From: a virus
Reading direction: 5' to 3' (one strand)
Length of the DNA stretch: 64,000 nt
Virus record (IMG/VR): IMGVR_UViG_3300017589_000047
Span: 1-64,000 of that record
Under the pieces are notes generated by a model. The model ran no database searches, had not been told where the DNA came from, and saw nothing but the letters and a program-made list of their open reading frames with translations. Shown piece by piece: positions 1 to 8,431 of this stretch (position 1 is its first letter; the number at the start of each line of letters is the position of its first letter). Both the position numbers and the translations under genes were made by a program.

Positions 1-258
1 GGTCTCCTGTGTTAGTAGCCACGCTTTGGTCTCCTGTGTTAGTAGCCACGCTTTGGTCTCCTGTGTTAGTAGCCACGCTTCGGTCTCCTGTGTTAGTAGC
101 CACGCTTTGGTCTCCTGTGTTAGTAGCCACGCTTCGGTCTCCTGTGTTAGTAGCCACGCTTCGGTCTCCTGTGTTAGTAGCCACGCTTCGGTATCCTGTG
201 TTAGTAGCCACGCCTCGGTATCCTGTGTTAGTAGCCACGCTTTGGTATCCTGTGTTAG
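1..258. repeat. 27-bp tandem repeat, 9 full copies plus a partial copy; the array is cut by the window edge
   Basis: Unit GGT(C/A)TCCTGTGTTAGTAGCCACGC(T/C)T(T/C) restarts at 1,28,55,82,109,136,163,190,217,244. Unit length is a multiple of 3. Confidence 0.95.
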
Positions 259-592
259 ATTCTTTTGCATGCTCCCAATCCGCTTTAGATTTTATGTATT
301 CAACCCCAGCCTTTATTAATCCAGGAAGTCCAATTTCAACTCCTATTTTTATATGTGATACTGCTACCTTTGTATCATCTTTATCGCCAATGTCTGTCTT
401 TCCACTACCCTCTACTTCACAATATCTGCTGTCAGATGGTGGATAATAACTAAATACATCTAAAGGATATTCGCAGAAATGAAAACCATTCTTACAACAT
501 TCAGCTGTTTTTTCTTCATATTCTTTATCTATTTCAAATTGAAAATTTCTACATTTTAAATCTTTGTTGAATCCTTTAAATCCTTTTATCAT
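1..592 (-). CDS. Phage-type protein with a globular N-terminal domain followed by ATNTG nonapeptide repeats (start in window, 3' end off-window)
   Basis: ATG at 592-590 with AAGGAG 8 nt upstream. I translated the minus frame by hand: MIKGFKGFNKDLKCRNFQFEIDKEYEEKTAECCKNGFHFCEYPLDVFSYYPPSDSRYCEVEG...ESNTGYQSVATNTGYRGVATNTG, with no stop down to position 1. It is missing from the ORF track only because no stop lies in the window. Confidence 0.75.
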   Translation of the reverse strand, partial: MIKGFKGFNKDLKCRNFQFEIDKEYEEKTAECCKNGFHFCEYPLDVFSYYPPSDSRYCEVEGSGKTDIGDKDDTKVAVSHIKIGVEIGLPGLIKAGVEYIKSKADWEHAKESNTGYQSVATNTGYRGVATNTGYRSVATNTGDRSVATNTGDRSVATNTGDQSVATNTGDRSVATNTGDQSVATNTGDQSVATNTGD

Positions 593-636
593 ATTTTTTT
601 CTCCTTAGAATTTTATTTAAATATCTCCTATTGATT

Positions 637-1041
637 TTATTTATTATTTGCTGTATAATATTTATAGTATTTGCATGTTTTACATGCTTTGTAATCGCCT
701 GTTCTCGCAGGCTCTTTTTTTTCTGCCTTTAATCCTCTTTTTTTTAGCCAATATTTTATTCTGTCTTGATTGACACCTTCTTTCTCTGCTATTTCATAAG
801 CTGATAGGCCTTGTTTATATAGTTTCATCTTCCTTTCATCAGCTTCATTTTTTATATAAAAATTATTAAGAATTTTATCTGCCATCTCTTGGTAGCAATC
901 TTCGTTTTGATACTTTTCTGGTATGATTTCATCAACCCTTAACATTTCGAGTAGTTCATCTCTTGTAACCATTCCATCAGTTTTTAAAATATTTCCAAAT
1001 GTCTCAATAATGGCATTTGTATAACTGCTTAATTTCACCAT
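637..1041 (-). CDS. Small HTH DNA-binding protein (sigma region-4 / resolvase-HTH-like C-terminus)
   Basis: ATG at 1041 is directly preceded by GAGGAGGG. The C-terminal segment KLYKQGLSAYEIAEKEGVNQDRIKYWLKKRG looks like an HTH. Confidence 0.55.
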   Translation of the reverse strand: MVKLSSYTNAIIETFGNILKTDGMVTRDELLEMLRVDEIIPEKYQNEDCYQEMADKILNNFYIKNEADERKMKLYKQGLSAYEIAEKEGVNQDRIKYWLKKRGLKAEKKEPARTGDYKACKTCKYYKYYTANNK

Positions 1042-1219
1042 TTCCCTCCTCAATGATTTCTCTTAGTATTTTAGTGATTTCTCCGACCCCATCACCATTA
1101 TATTGGTCAATCATTTTTAGCAATTCTTGTTTGTGCCTTTCTCTCATAATCATAAATGTAGATGGTTCTGTACTTGGCTCAAGTCCCATCGCTGACCAAT
1201 AAGCTTTATTCTTGTTCAA
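1004..1219 (-). CDS. Hypothetical protein
   Basis: 71-aa ORF in the operon, overlapping both neighbours. No recognisable motif. Confidence 0.35.
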   Translation of the reverse strand: MNKNKAYWSAMGLEPSTEPSTFMIMRERHKQELLKMIDQYNGDGVGEITKILREIIEEGNGEIKQLYKCHY

Positions 1220-1802
1220 TTGTTTGTTCTTCCTCCTCCTCTATGTAAACTTTAGATACTTGTTTACCAAAATTAACCGCATCTTTATGCTCATTAAAGT
1301 AAATATCAATAATTTTATTTTCATATTTCTCAGCAATCCATTTCGCTGTTCTGTCTTGGCTTATGTATTCGTGACCATCAATCATTATCTTTGTTCCAAA
1401 CGGTAACGGTGAAGCTACTGAAACTCCTTCTATGAGTTCGATACCCGATGCCCCATATACAATGTTATTTGGTCTATTTATTGCGTGTTTACCGCAACAT
1501 TTGGCACAAGGACAATATGCTGTAATTGTGTATTCATCTTCGATATAACTTTCTTGCTTTAATTTCTTTTCCAACTTTTCTACATACCTTGTCTCTAGCT
1601 TATCCCAAAATTTATAAGATTCAATGTCGCTATTAAGACAATAAATTTTAAAATTTAAATCACTGTTTTCTTTATTAAGTACATCTTTTTCAGATTCTAG
1701 AGTTGTTACTTGTGCTTGTCCCTCTTGTCCATATACAAGATGCATCAATATACTTATTAAAAGTAAAACAGTTAAGATAAATCTTTGTTTCTTTAAATTC
1801 AT
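1206..1802 (-). CDS. Secreted 3D-domain (MltA/RlpA-like double-psi barrel) cell-wall-active protein
   Basis: N-terminal signal/TM segment LTVLLLISILMHLVYG, a coiled-coil middle, and a C-terminus TAYCPCAKCCGK...YGASG...SPLPFGTKIMIDG...IIDIYF typical of 3D domains. Confidence 0.7.
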   Translation of the reverse strand: MNLKKQRFILTVLLLISILMHLVYGQEGQAQVTTLESEKDVLNKENSDLNFKIYCLNSDIESYKFWDKLETRYVEKLEKKLKQESYIEDEYTITAYCPCAKCCGKHAINRPNNIVYGASGIELIEGVSVASPLPFGTKIMIDGHEYISQDRTAKWIAEKYENKIIDIYFNEHKDAVNFGKQVSKVYIEEEEEQTIEQE

Positions 1803-1812
1803 TTAATCACCC

Positions 1813-2142
1813 CTATACGTTATCCGTGGCAATCTTCATAAGTGCTATAAAATCACCATTTGTAAATTTGTCTGGAATAAATATATCTAGTTTGTATCTT
1901 TCTTTAAACCTGTTCTCTAAGTCTAGTATGTTATCTTCTAACATTAATTCTTTTGCGTGTCGTATCGCTCTTTCAACTCTATCTGCTGTCGTTTTATACT
2001 TAATTGCTATTGCTTGATATATGTCCATCATTTTATTCGTTGGCTTGTACAACTCAATTGCTGTTGTTATGTACTCAAAGCCTTTTAGTGATGGTTTTAC
2101 GCCGAGATATAATAATTCTTTCTGAATGCTTTGCTTGTTCAA
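1813..2142 (-). CDS. Stand-alone Spo0A C-terminal (effector/DNA-binding) domain protein, no receiver domain
   Basis: LGVKPSLKGFEYITTAIEL...IYQAIAIKYKTTADRVERAIRHA matches the Spo0A_C signature (GYxYL...TTxSRVERAIRHAI). The ORF is only 109 aa. Confidence 0.7.
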   Translation of the reverse strand: MNKQSIQKELLYLGVKPSLKGFEYITTAIELYKPTNKMMDIYQAIAIKYKTTADRVERAIRHAKELMLEDNILDLENRFKERYKLDIFIPDKFTNGDFIALMKIATDNV

Positions 2143-2147
2143 ATTTT

Positions 2148-2339
2148 TTACCTCCTGTTATTTCTTTGACTTGCTTCTTTAACTTTTCTTTTAGCTTTTT
2201 TCTCTTTTGGAGCTTTCTTGCGTTTGGATGTATTTGTTTCGCTTTCTGTCGTCCTATTTACCGTTTCACCTGCTAAGCTTCTCAACAATTGATATGATAG
2301 CAATAAACCTGCTAATTTAGTTGATGTATTTTTATTCAT
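2148..2339 (-). CDS. Small basic hypothetical protein
   Basis: 63-aa ORF with a Lys/Arg-rich C-terminus, placed in the operon. Confidence 0.4.
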   Translation of the reverse strand: MNKNTSTKLAGLLLSYQLLRSLAGETVNRTTESETNTSKRKKAPKEKKAKRKVKEASQRNNRR

Positions 2340-2590
2340 ACTTTTTCATCTCCTTTTCCATGGCTTTAAATTTTTGTCTATTGTTTGTCCAATTTCTATT
2401 CTTGAACAACCACCTAGCACATTGGTAATAATATTTAATCTTTTTCATTAGAACCTCCTGTTTTTAATTGGTTTATTTATTTGTTAAAATTAAAATTGCT
2501 ATCATTACTGACATGATTAATACATATTTTAAATAAAGATAATCTAATGGACTTTTAAAAAGTTTATACCAGAAATATTTAAACATTTTC

Positions 2591-3385
2591 TTATCCAATC
2601 TTTCTATCAGCAATCCCATATTTAATAGCCATTTCTTTAACCATTGCAACATATCCCTCAATCAACCTTTTATCATCTGCTATAACATCAATCTTAGTTA
2701 AAGCTTCACGTTTCGATTTGCAAACACCTTCGTCTGCCATTCTTTGTCGCTTGTTAGTTAATCTTCTTTTTAAATCTGTTTTCATTCGACTATCTAGTAA
2801 GTCATAACTTTCATTTCTCAATCGGCGATAAAATTGGCTTGTACCACCAAGGAAAATTGCTATTTTGTTAAGTAGGTTTTGTGTATCTGATCTCCAAGCC
2901 GTACTGTCAAGTGCTACAACTTCTCTTATGCTGTCAATTCGAGTATTTGTATCAGCAACGGATTTTTCTATTTCTTGTTGTTTTAATTGTGTTGATGCTA
3001 CCGTGTCAAATATCTGTTTGAACATCTGAAGTTCTGGACTAAGTTTTGAAATATCAAGCTTGTACTTTTCTTCAACGCTTATTAAATACTTTCTATATTC
3101 TTTGCCTTTTTCATTTCTTTCAAGCATTGCCATTTCTTTGGCTATTGGAAGCTTTAGGATGTATTCTATTGTTCTTCCACCGTTTTCACAATTTTGTGAA
3201 AAACTTGAAAAATCAACCTTTCCAATGGCATCAACCTCGTTTAATCTTTGCTTTACCCAATCGGTAAATTGTCTTTTGTTTTCTAATCCCTCATGAAGTT
3301 CCCTGGCATTGACAACTTTTTCGCCTTTGTCTGTTTCGTAAACTTTTATTAAACCGTTGCTTTCTAAAATTTTTAGGTTATTCAT
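2591..3385 (-). CDS. Phage antirepressor (AntA/Bro-N-like N-terminus)
   Basis: N-terminus LIKVYETDKGEKVVNARELHEGLENKRQFTDWVKQRL resembles the AntA/Ant motif. 264 aa with a coiled-coil C-terminal half. Confidence 0.7.
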   Translation of the reverse strand: MNNLKILESNGLIKVYETDKGEKVVNARELHEGLENKRQFTDWVKQRLNEVDAIGKVDFSSFSQNCENGGRTIEYILKLPIAKEMAMLERNEKGKEYRKYLISVEEKYKLDISKLSPELQMFKQIFDTVASTQLKQQEIEKSVADTNTRIDSIREVVALDSTAWRSDTQNLLNKIAIFLGGTSQFYRRLRNESYDLLDSRMKTDLKRRLTNKRQRMADEGVCKSKREALTKIDVIADDKRLIEGYVAMVKEMAIKYGIADRKIG

Positions 3386-3410
3386 TTATTTATAAATCCT
3401 CCTTTTGTAG

Positions 3411-3791
3411 TTATGCAATTTCCTTATTCGCTTTTTCGATATATTCTTTTCTCAAATTGTAAATTGTCTGACACAGTTTGTCTGCTGCATAATTGGCAAA
3501 TTCGGTGTCTTTTAAATCGTTTATGCGTTTTTCGCCACATATATAGCAAGTTAATTTGTGAGATAATTCCCATACCCTGTGCATTGCGCTTGAATCAATC
3601 GTATCAAACACCTTTGCCATAATTGAACCCGTATATCTGTTTTTCTTATTATCACATCTGAACCATTTTTCTCTTACGGTTGCCAATGCTGTTGAGGTAG
3701 TGTCTTTTGCTTTTAAATTCCGGTTATTTATTTCAGAGATAATTTCTTTCATCAATTCAGCTTTAAGCTGCTGCTTTTCTTGTTCTGTCAT
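3411..3791 (-). CDS. Hypothetical protein
   Basis: 126-aa ORF with a GGAG RBS upstream, in the operon. Confidence 0.5.
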   Translation of the reverse strand: MTEQEKQQLKAELMKEIISEINNRNLKAKDTTSTALATVREKWFRCDNKKNRYTGSIMAKVFDTIDSSAMHRVWELSHKLTCYICGEKRINDLKDTEFANYAADKLCQTIYNLRKEYIEKANKEIA

Positions 3792-3863
3792 ATTTTTTTC
3801 TCCTTAGTTCTAAATTTTATTTTGATGAATAATATGTACGTTAAGGGTTTGTCCTTTAAAAGA

Positions 3864-4067
3864 TTAACTTGACTCTTTACTTATCCCCAACCATTTAATC
3901 AAATTTACTTTTAAAACTCTTTTGCTCCTTCCAATTCTCAAACAAGGTATTCCACCTGCTATTGGGTTTATATCCATTAGTTCGTAAACTCTTCTTTTGC
4001 TTAAGCTTAGAAATGGAGCAAGTACTTCCGCTGTTATAACATCTGGTAAATCTTCTATTTTGTTCAT
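3864..4067 (-). CDS. Excisionase-family HTH protein (Xis-like)
   Basis: 67 aa. LSLSKRRVYELMD...IPCLRIGRSKRVLKVNLIKWL is a typical MerR/Xis-type HTH. It is the first gene of the leftward operon, next to the switch. Confidence 0.6.
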   Translation of the reverse strand: MNKIEDLPDVITAEVLAPFLSLSKRRVYELMDINPIAGGIPCLRIGRSKRVLKVNLIKWLGISKESS

Positions 4068-4279
4068 TTTTTACTCCTTTCATATTCTTTTTATGTACAT
4101 CATGCTGTTTCTTTTTCAACTACGTTTTTAATTTTTATGTCTTTAATTTTTATTCCTTTTTCTAAACCGTCTATAAAACTGTCAAAGCACATTTCTTTTA
4201 ATTCGGTTTCAGTCATTGTGTTAAGTGCCTTTTCAAGTCTTTCTTTTTTATCCTCAGTTTTCAATGTTTTCACCTCTTT

Positions 4280-4390
4280 CCTTTGTGTTGTTTAACACAT
4301 TATATATTATATGTTTGTGGTTGTCAACACTTTTATGTGATATTTTTTTAAATTTTTGTGTTGACATACACAATGTAATAATATAATATA
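4280..4390. promoter_or_regulatory. Divergent lysogeny-switch region with three related operator-like sites
   Basis: TGTGTTGTTTAACACA (4282-4297), GTTGTCAACAC (about 4319-4330) and GTGTTGACA (about 4358-4366) share GTGTTGAC/GTCAACAC half-sites. TTGACA 4361-4366, then 17 nt, then TAATAT 4384-4389 faces the XRE gene. Confidence 0.5.
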
Positions 4391-4403
4391 TAAAAAGAGA
4401 GAG

Positions 4404-4796
4404 GTGATAGTATTGAATGATAAAATTGGAAAAAGAATAAAGGATATAAGAGAAAATAAAAAAATAACTCAGAAGGATTTTGGAGAAGAAATTGGCGTAA
4501 GTAGAGATGTTATTAGCAATATAGAATATGGTAGAGTAGAAGTTAAAGAGCATATAATAAAATTAATTATAATGAAATTTAATGCATCTGAAGAATGGCT
4601 CCGAACCGGAGAAGGAGAAATGTATAATTCATATAATAAAGAGGATGAATTAGATTATTTAGTAGGTGCACTTGCCGCTAAAGATAATAAATTTAAAAGA
4701 AAATTCATTACTTTTATGCTTAAACAACCAGATGAAAACTGGGATATGATTGAAAACATGATTATAGAATTTAATAATTATTTAAATAAAAAATAA
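4404..4796 (+). CDS. XRE-family (CI-like) repressor
   Basis: HTH ITQKDFGEEIGVSRDVISNIEYG. The likely true start is TTG 4413, 6 nt after GAGGTG. It diverges from the leftward operon. Confidence 0.8.
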   Translation: MIVLNDKIGKRIKDIRENKKITQKDFGEEIGVSRDVISNIEYGRVEVKEHIIKLIIMKFNASEEWLRTGEGEMYNSYNKEDELDYLVGALAAKDNKFKRKFITFMLKQPDENWDMIENMIIEFNNYLNKK

Positions 4797-5153
4797 GTCC
4801 CTATTAGGACTTATTTTTTTCGTACCCATCTATGTAAGCCAAAATCTTGTTAATTAGTATTTCATCTTGCGTTTCTTTAAGCTTTTCAATTGCTTTATTC
4901 CTTTTTTCTTCCATAGAGCCCCCAATATTATGTATGTTACTTTATTATAGAACAATCGTTCGATTAATTTACATTATACTCTTAATATAAATCGATGTCA
5001 ATGAGATATAATATCTTGTCGAAACGTGTTCATTCTTATATGATAATCCCCTACATGATTAATGTCAATCTCAAATAAAATCATAATGTATATGTTGTTG
5101 TATATGTAAATTATATATATTATACTTTAATATGTAAATGTTAGGGGGATATT

Positions 5154-5465
5154 ATGGATATTACGTTTGGTGACAGATTAAAAAAATTGAGAGCAAATAA
5201 AAACATGCTACAGAAACAAGTCGCACAAGATTTAAATATTACTGTACAAAGATATTCTAGTTATGAAAATAATTCTAGGCTCCCTGAAGTAACAATAGCA
5301 ATAAAAATTGCCAATTATTACAATGTATCTCTTGATTATTTATTTGGACTTGACAATAAAACTTATCTGGATAAATCAAACTTACAGAATCAAATAAAAG
5401 AATTAAAAAACGAGCTTAACAATCGAATGAATAAACTTGAAGAATATATTAACAATACTAAGTAG
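5154..5465 (+). CDS. XRE-family HTH regulator
   Basis: LQKQVAQDLNITVQRYSSYENNSRLPEVTIAIKIANYYNVSLDYLFG. GGGGGA RBS. Confidence 0.8.
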   Translation: MDITFGDRLKKLRANKNMLQKQVAQDLNITVQRYSSYENNSRLPEVTIAIKIANYYNVSLDYLFGLDNKTYLDKSNLQNQIKELKNELNNRMNKLEEYINNTK

Positions 5466-5571
5466 TCATTAGGCTGCTTTTTTTATTGCATAAAACGAAT
5501 TAATGTTCTATAATATAAAAAACCACGTCTCGTCAACGTGGTAAAATCTAAAAGATTTAATTTATGTATAA

Positions 5572-6810
5572 ATGAATTATATCAAATCATCTTTTAGAAT
5601 ACAAGTAAAAAATGAAAGGATGATAAAATTGAAAGGTACTATTTACAAAAGAGGAACTACTTACACGTATATGCTTGATTTAGGCAAGGATCCAATTACT
5701 AATAAAAGGCATCGAATAAGCAAAAGTGGATTCAAGACTAAAAAAGGATGTCAAGCTGCTCTTGCTGAAATCCAAACGCAATATAATCAAGGAATATATG
5801 TGAACGAGTCTGAAATAACATTAAAAGATTTTATTGAAGAATGGATAGAACTCTATGAAAAATCAGGTACTGTCAAGATAAGTACTGTTAGAGTTCGCAA
5901 ACATGAAACAAACAATATGCTTCTATATTTTAAAACTGTTAAATTAAAAGATATCACAAGGCATATGTACCAAGATTTTTTATTTACTATGAATGACAAA
6001 TTTGCTGAAAACACTCTTTCAGGTATTCATGGAACTGCACGATCAGTTTTCAAGAAAGCTATAGAATTAAAATATATAAAAGAAGATCCTACCGAATATA
6101 CAGTATTGCCAAAAATACAAAAAACAGTCGAAGAGCTAGAGTGTGAGAAACTGGTACCTAAGTATTTTGAACTGAAAGAATTGAATAATTTCCTTAATGC
6201 TTGTAAAAGAGATAATGATCCACAAGTTCATACTATATTTATGACTTTAGCATATACAGGAATGAGAATCGGTGAGCTATGTGCTCTCAAATGGAAAGAC
6301 ATTGATTTTAACGCAAAGGAAATAAATATATACAAAACATACTACAATCCAACTAATAAAACAGATAAATATACTTTACTAACACCAAAGACTACAACAT
6401 CAAAGCGTAAAATTTTTATAGACAATATGCTCATCAAAGAGCTTAAGAAGCATAAAAAATACCAAGATGAACTAAGGTTAAAAATTCCATCTTGGTTTAA
6501 AGAGGACGGAAATTTTGTTTTTACAAAAGCTTTAAATTATCCTGGCTATCCCGAAGTGATTAAACAGATTGAACTTAAAATGGCGCAGGTAATAAAGAAG
6601 AATGGATTATTGAAAGAGATCACACCTCATGGTTTGCGCCATACACATGCCTCTTTGCTAGCACAAGCCGGAGTAAGCCTTGAAGAAATTATGGAGCGTC
6701 TGGGTCATAAAAATGATTCCATCACTCGTGAAATTTATCTACATGTAACGCAGGATATGAAAAAAGAAGCTTCATCAAAGTTTATGAATTTATTAATAAC
6801 TGCAAAATAA
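5572..6810 (+). CDS. int: Tyrosine site-specific integrase
   Basis: N-terminus KGTIYKRGTTYTYMLDLGKDPITNKRHR (arm-binding type). Catalytic residues appear as ...YTGMRIGEL...HGLRHTHAS...LGH...Y. The probable real start is ATG 5620. Confidence 0.9.
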   Translation: MNYIKSSFRIQVKNERMIKLKGTIYKRGTTYTYMLDLGKDPITNKRHRISKSGFKTKKGCQAALAEIQTQYNQGIYVNESEITLKDFIEEWIELYEKSGTVKISTVRVRKHETNNMLLYFKTVKLKDITRHMYQDFLFTMNDKFAENTLSGIHGTARSVFKKAIELKYIKEDPTEYTVLPKIQKTVEELECEKLVPKYFELKELNNFLNACKRDNDPQVHTIFMTLAYTGMRIGELCALKWKDIDFNAKEINIYKTYYNPTNKTDKYTLLTPKTTTSKRKIFIDNMLIKELKKHKKYQDELRLKIPSWFKEDGNFVFTKALNYPGYPEVIKQIELKMAQVIKKNGLLKEITPHGLRHTHASLLAQAGVSLEEIMERLGHKNDSITREIYLHVTQDMKKEASSKFMNLLITAK

Positions 6811-6839
6811 AAACCGAGATTGTCATAATCTCGGTTTTT
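6811..6839 (+). terminator. Intrinsic terminator after int
   Basis: AAAACCGAGATT-GTCATA-AATCTCGGTTTTT. Confidence 0.8.
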
Positions 6840-6852
6840 AATCTTAATGGCT

Positions 6853-6866
6853 ACAAAATGGCAACA
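6853..6866 (+). repeat. Direct repeat copy 1, ACAAAATGGCAACA (candidate att core)
   Basis: Identical 14-mer at 7055-7068. A 10-nt core recurs at 17416-17425. Confidence 0.6.
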
Positions 6867-7054
6867 TGTAATACTTTCAAATCATTAAATGCATTGATTT
6901 CAACGCATATATCACTTTATTACATCATTCCGCCCATGATAAATAGTAATTATATAACCATATATAAATTATATAAAGTGAATAAAGTGCGTAAAATCAA
7001 CATATTTGTGAAAGCTTGTACATTTGATTTACTTGATTTATTTTAATTGCGTCA

Positions 7055-7068
7055 ACAAAATGGCAACA
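7055..7068 (+). repeat. Direct repeat copy 2, ACAAAATGGCAACA
   Basis: Identical to 6853-6866 and followed by a second partial copy, ATGGCAACA. Confidence 0.6.
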
Positions 7069-7082
7069 ATGGCAACAAGCAA

Positions 7083-7112
7083 AAAGAACTGTCGATTATG
7101 GCAGTTCTTTTA
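7083..7112 (-). terminator. Intrinsic terminator ending the leftward operon of element 2
   Basis: Minus strand reads AAGAACTG-CCATAATCGA-CAGTTCTTTTTG. It overlaps the Replic_Relax stop codon. Confidence 0.6.
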
Positions 7113-7605
7113 TATCTATTTTAATAACATCAATTACTTTACTACTAACATCTGCTTTGCTAACGAGTAACAGTTTTTTAAACTTTCCACATTCCTCATA
7201 CTTCTGTATCTTCCTAGCAATATTATTGTTGCTTAATTCAACTTCTACAGCCAATAATCCGCGTTTCCCGTTCTTTTCTATATCAAGCAACATATCGGGT
7301 CGCAAATTTCCGTATTCTTTCTGTATTTCAAAATCATGTATGGCGTAACAGTTTTCCCGAACCCAGCAATATGCTCTAGCAATATAATCAAGATGTAATT
7401 TTTGCTTGGGCTCTCTCTTTGTATAATAAAAATATTTGTCATTTGCTCCATGCCTGGATCTACGTAAATATAAATAATCATTTAAAAAAGTTAATCGCCT
7501 ATTTGCGACCCTTTGACTTGGATAAAACAGTTTCTGAATAGTATCAGAATAGCAAGGACATTTAGAAACAAATTCAACTACATCATAATCCCTATCAGTT
7601 ATCAA
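7096..7605 (-). CDS. Replication-relaxation (Replic_Relax) family protein
   Basis: ITDRDYDVVEFV...TIQKLFY...ANRRLTFLNDYLYLRR at the N-terminus (wHTH) and RPDMLLD...AVEVELS at the C-terminus fit the family pattern. Confidence 0.65.
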   Translation of the reverse strand: MITDRDYDVVEFVSKCPCYSDTIQKLFYPSQRVANRRLTFLNDYLYLRRSRHGANDKYFYYTKREPKQKLHLDYIARAYCWVRENCYAIHDFEIQKEYGNLRPDMLLDIEKNGKRGLLAVEVELSNNNIARKIQKYEECGKFKKLLLVSKADVSSKVIDVIKIDIKELP

Positions 7606-8417
7606 ATTAATGACACTTCCTTCAATTCTACAGGCTCAATTTTTTTGACATTTTTAAGAGGTATTATATTACCTGAATTACATTTCATAAAAATTTGCTT
7701 CTTAATTTCTCTGTCCTCTAAGAAAAAGCTCTTGAACTCCACGTCTTGATTATCATTAGTCAAAATAGCTTCGCCCTTACCATGCAGATTAGTCACAGCC
7801 CTGTAATCGCCTTTATCAAGCAATATTTCGCTATTATAAGTATTCCTAACCTTAAATGCTATCGTATTATTAAGATTAGCCTTTAACTTTGTATCGAGGT
7901 TTTCGTGGCATGGTCGTTGTATACTTAATATAACTTTTATATTTGCCGCCCTAGCTTGTGCAAGAATTATATTTAATTGCTTATTAAACTTCTTATCATC
8001 GCTTAACATTGTATATTCTTCAATTAAAACAATTATAGGCTTCATGATGTTTTTAAATCTCTTGTTATAGTCTTTAAAATCCTTGCAATTTGTTTTATCT
8101 AATTCTTTAAATCTGCCAATCATTATTTGTTTTATATTATCAATCTCGATTTCAGCATCTTCAATATTTTTTATGAACGCTGTAAGGTGTTTATAATTTC
8201 TAAATACATTATAGTCACCGCCCATTTTCATGTCAATAATTTTAATCTCAACATCTTTTAAGCACATAGCGGTTAATAAACATTTTATACATGCAGTTTT
8301 ACCGCTTCCAGTTATTCCCCCCACCAAAACATGTGGTTGACTTTCTAAATCTATATATACTATTTTTTCACCTTCAGCCGTAATAGTTACGCCAATCGGA
8401 AATATCATTTTATTCAT
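7602..8417 (-). CDS. FtsK/SpoIIIE-family DNA translocase ATPase
   Basis: Walker A GGITGSGKT and Walker B-like IIVLIEEY. It overlaps the downstream gene by 4 nt. Confidence 0.85.
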   Translation of the reverse strand: MNKMIFPIGVTITAEGEKIVYIDLESQPHVLVGGITGSGKTACIKCLLTAMCLKDVEIKIIDMKMGGDYNVFRNYKHLTAFIKNIEDAEIEIDNIKQIMIGRFKELDKTNCKDFKDYNKRFKNIMKPIIVLIEEYTMLSDDKKFNKQLNIILAQARAANIKVILSIQRPCHENLDTKLKANLNNTIAFKVRNTYNSEILLDKGDYRAVTNLHGKGEAILTNDNQDVEFKSFFLEDREIKKQIFMKCNSGNIIPLKNVKKIEPVELKEVSLI

Positions 8418-8431
8418 TATAAATTATCCTC

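Larger units (their letters stand above)
1..6866. mobile_element. Integrase-proximal end of an integrated phage-like or satellite-like element (extends off the left edge)
   Basis: The int / XRE / XRE / divergent Xis-Ant operon layout is the canonical lysogeny-module order. The right border is proposed at the ACAAAATGGCAACA repeat. Confidence 0.6.

Noticed and set aside
1-258. CRISPR array (27-bp repeats at the left edge, and the interspersed ~35-nt repeats at 12.5-14.9 kb)
   Set aside because: The 27-bp units are contiguous with no spacers and are translated. The 35-nt units are separated by whole genes of very different lengths (130 bp to 600 bp) and overlap stop codons and SDs. No cas genes are present.
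9-446. The + strand ORFs 9..446 and 26..319 from the ORF track
   Set aside because: They are repeat-generated mirror frames (LVATLWSPV / VSCVSSHA units) with no RBS. The minus strand carries a well-initiated gene (AAGGAG-ATG at 592) that reads through the same DNA.
6858-7046. 62-aa ORF in the inter-element gap
   Set aside because: No RBS and low-complexity AT-rich coding. It lies between two att-like repeats and is more plausibly a non-coding remnant.
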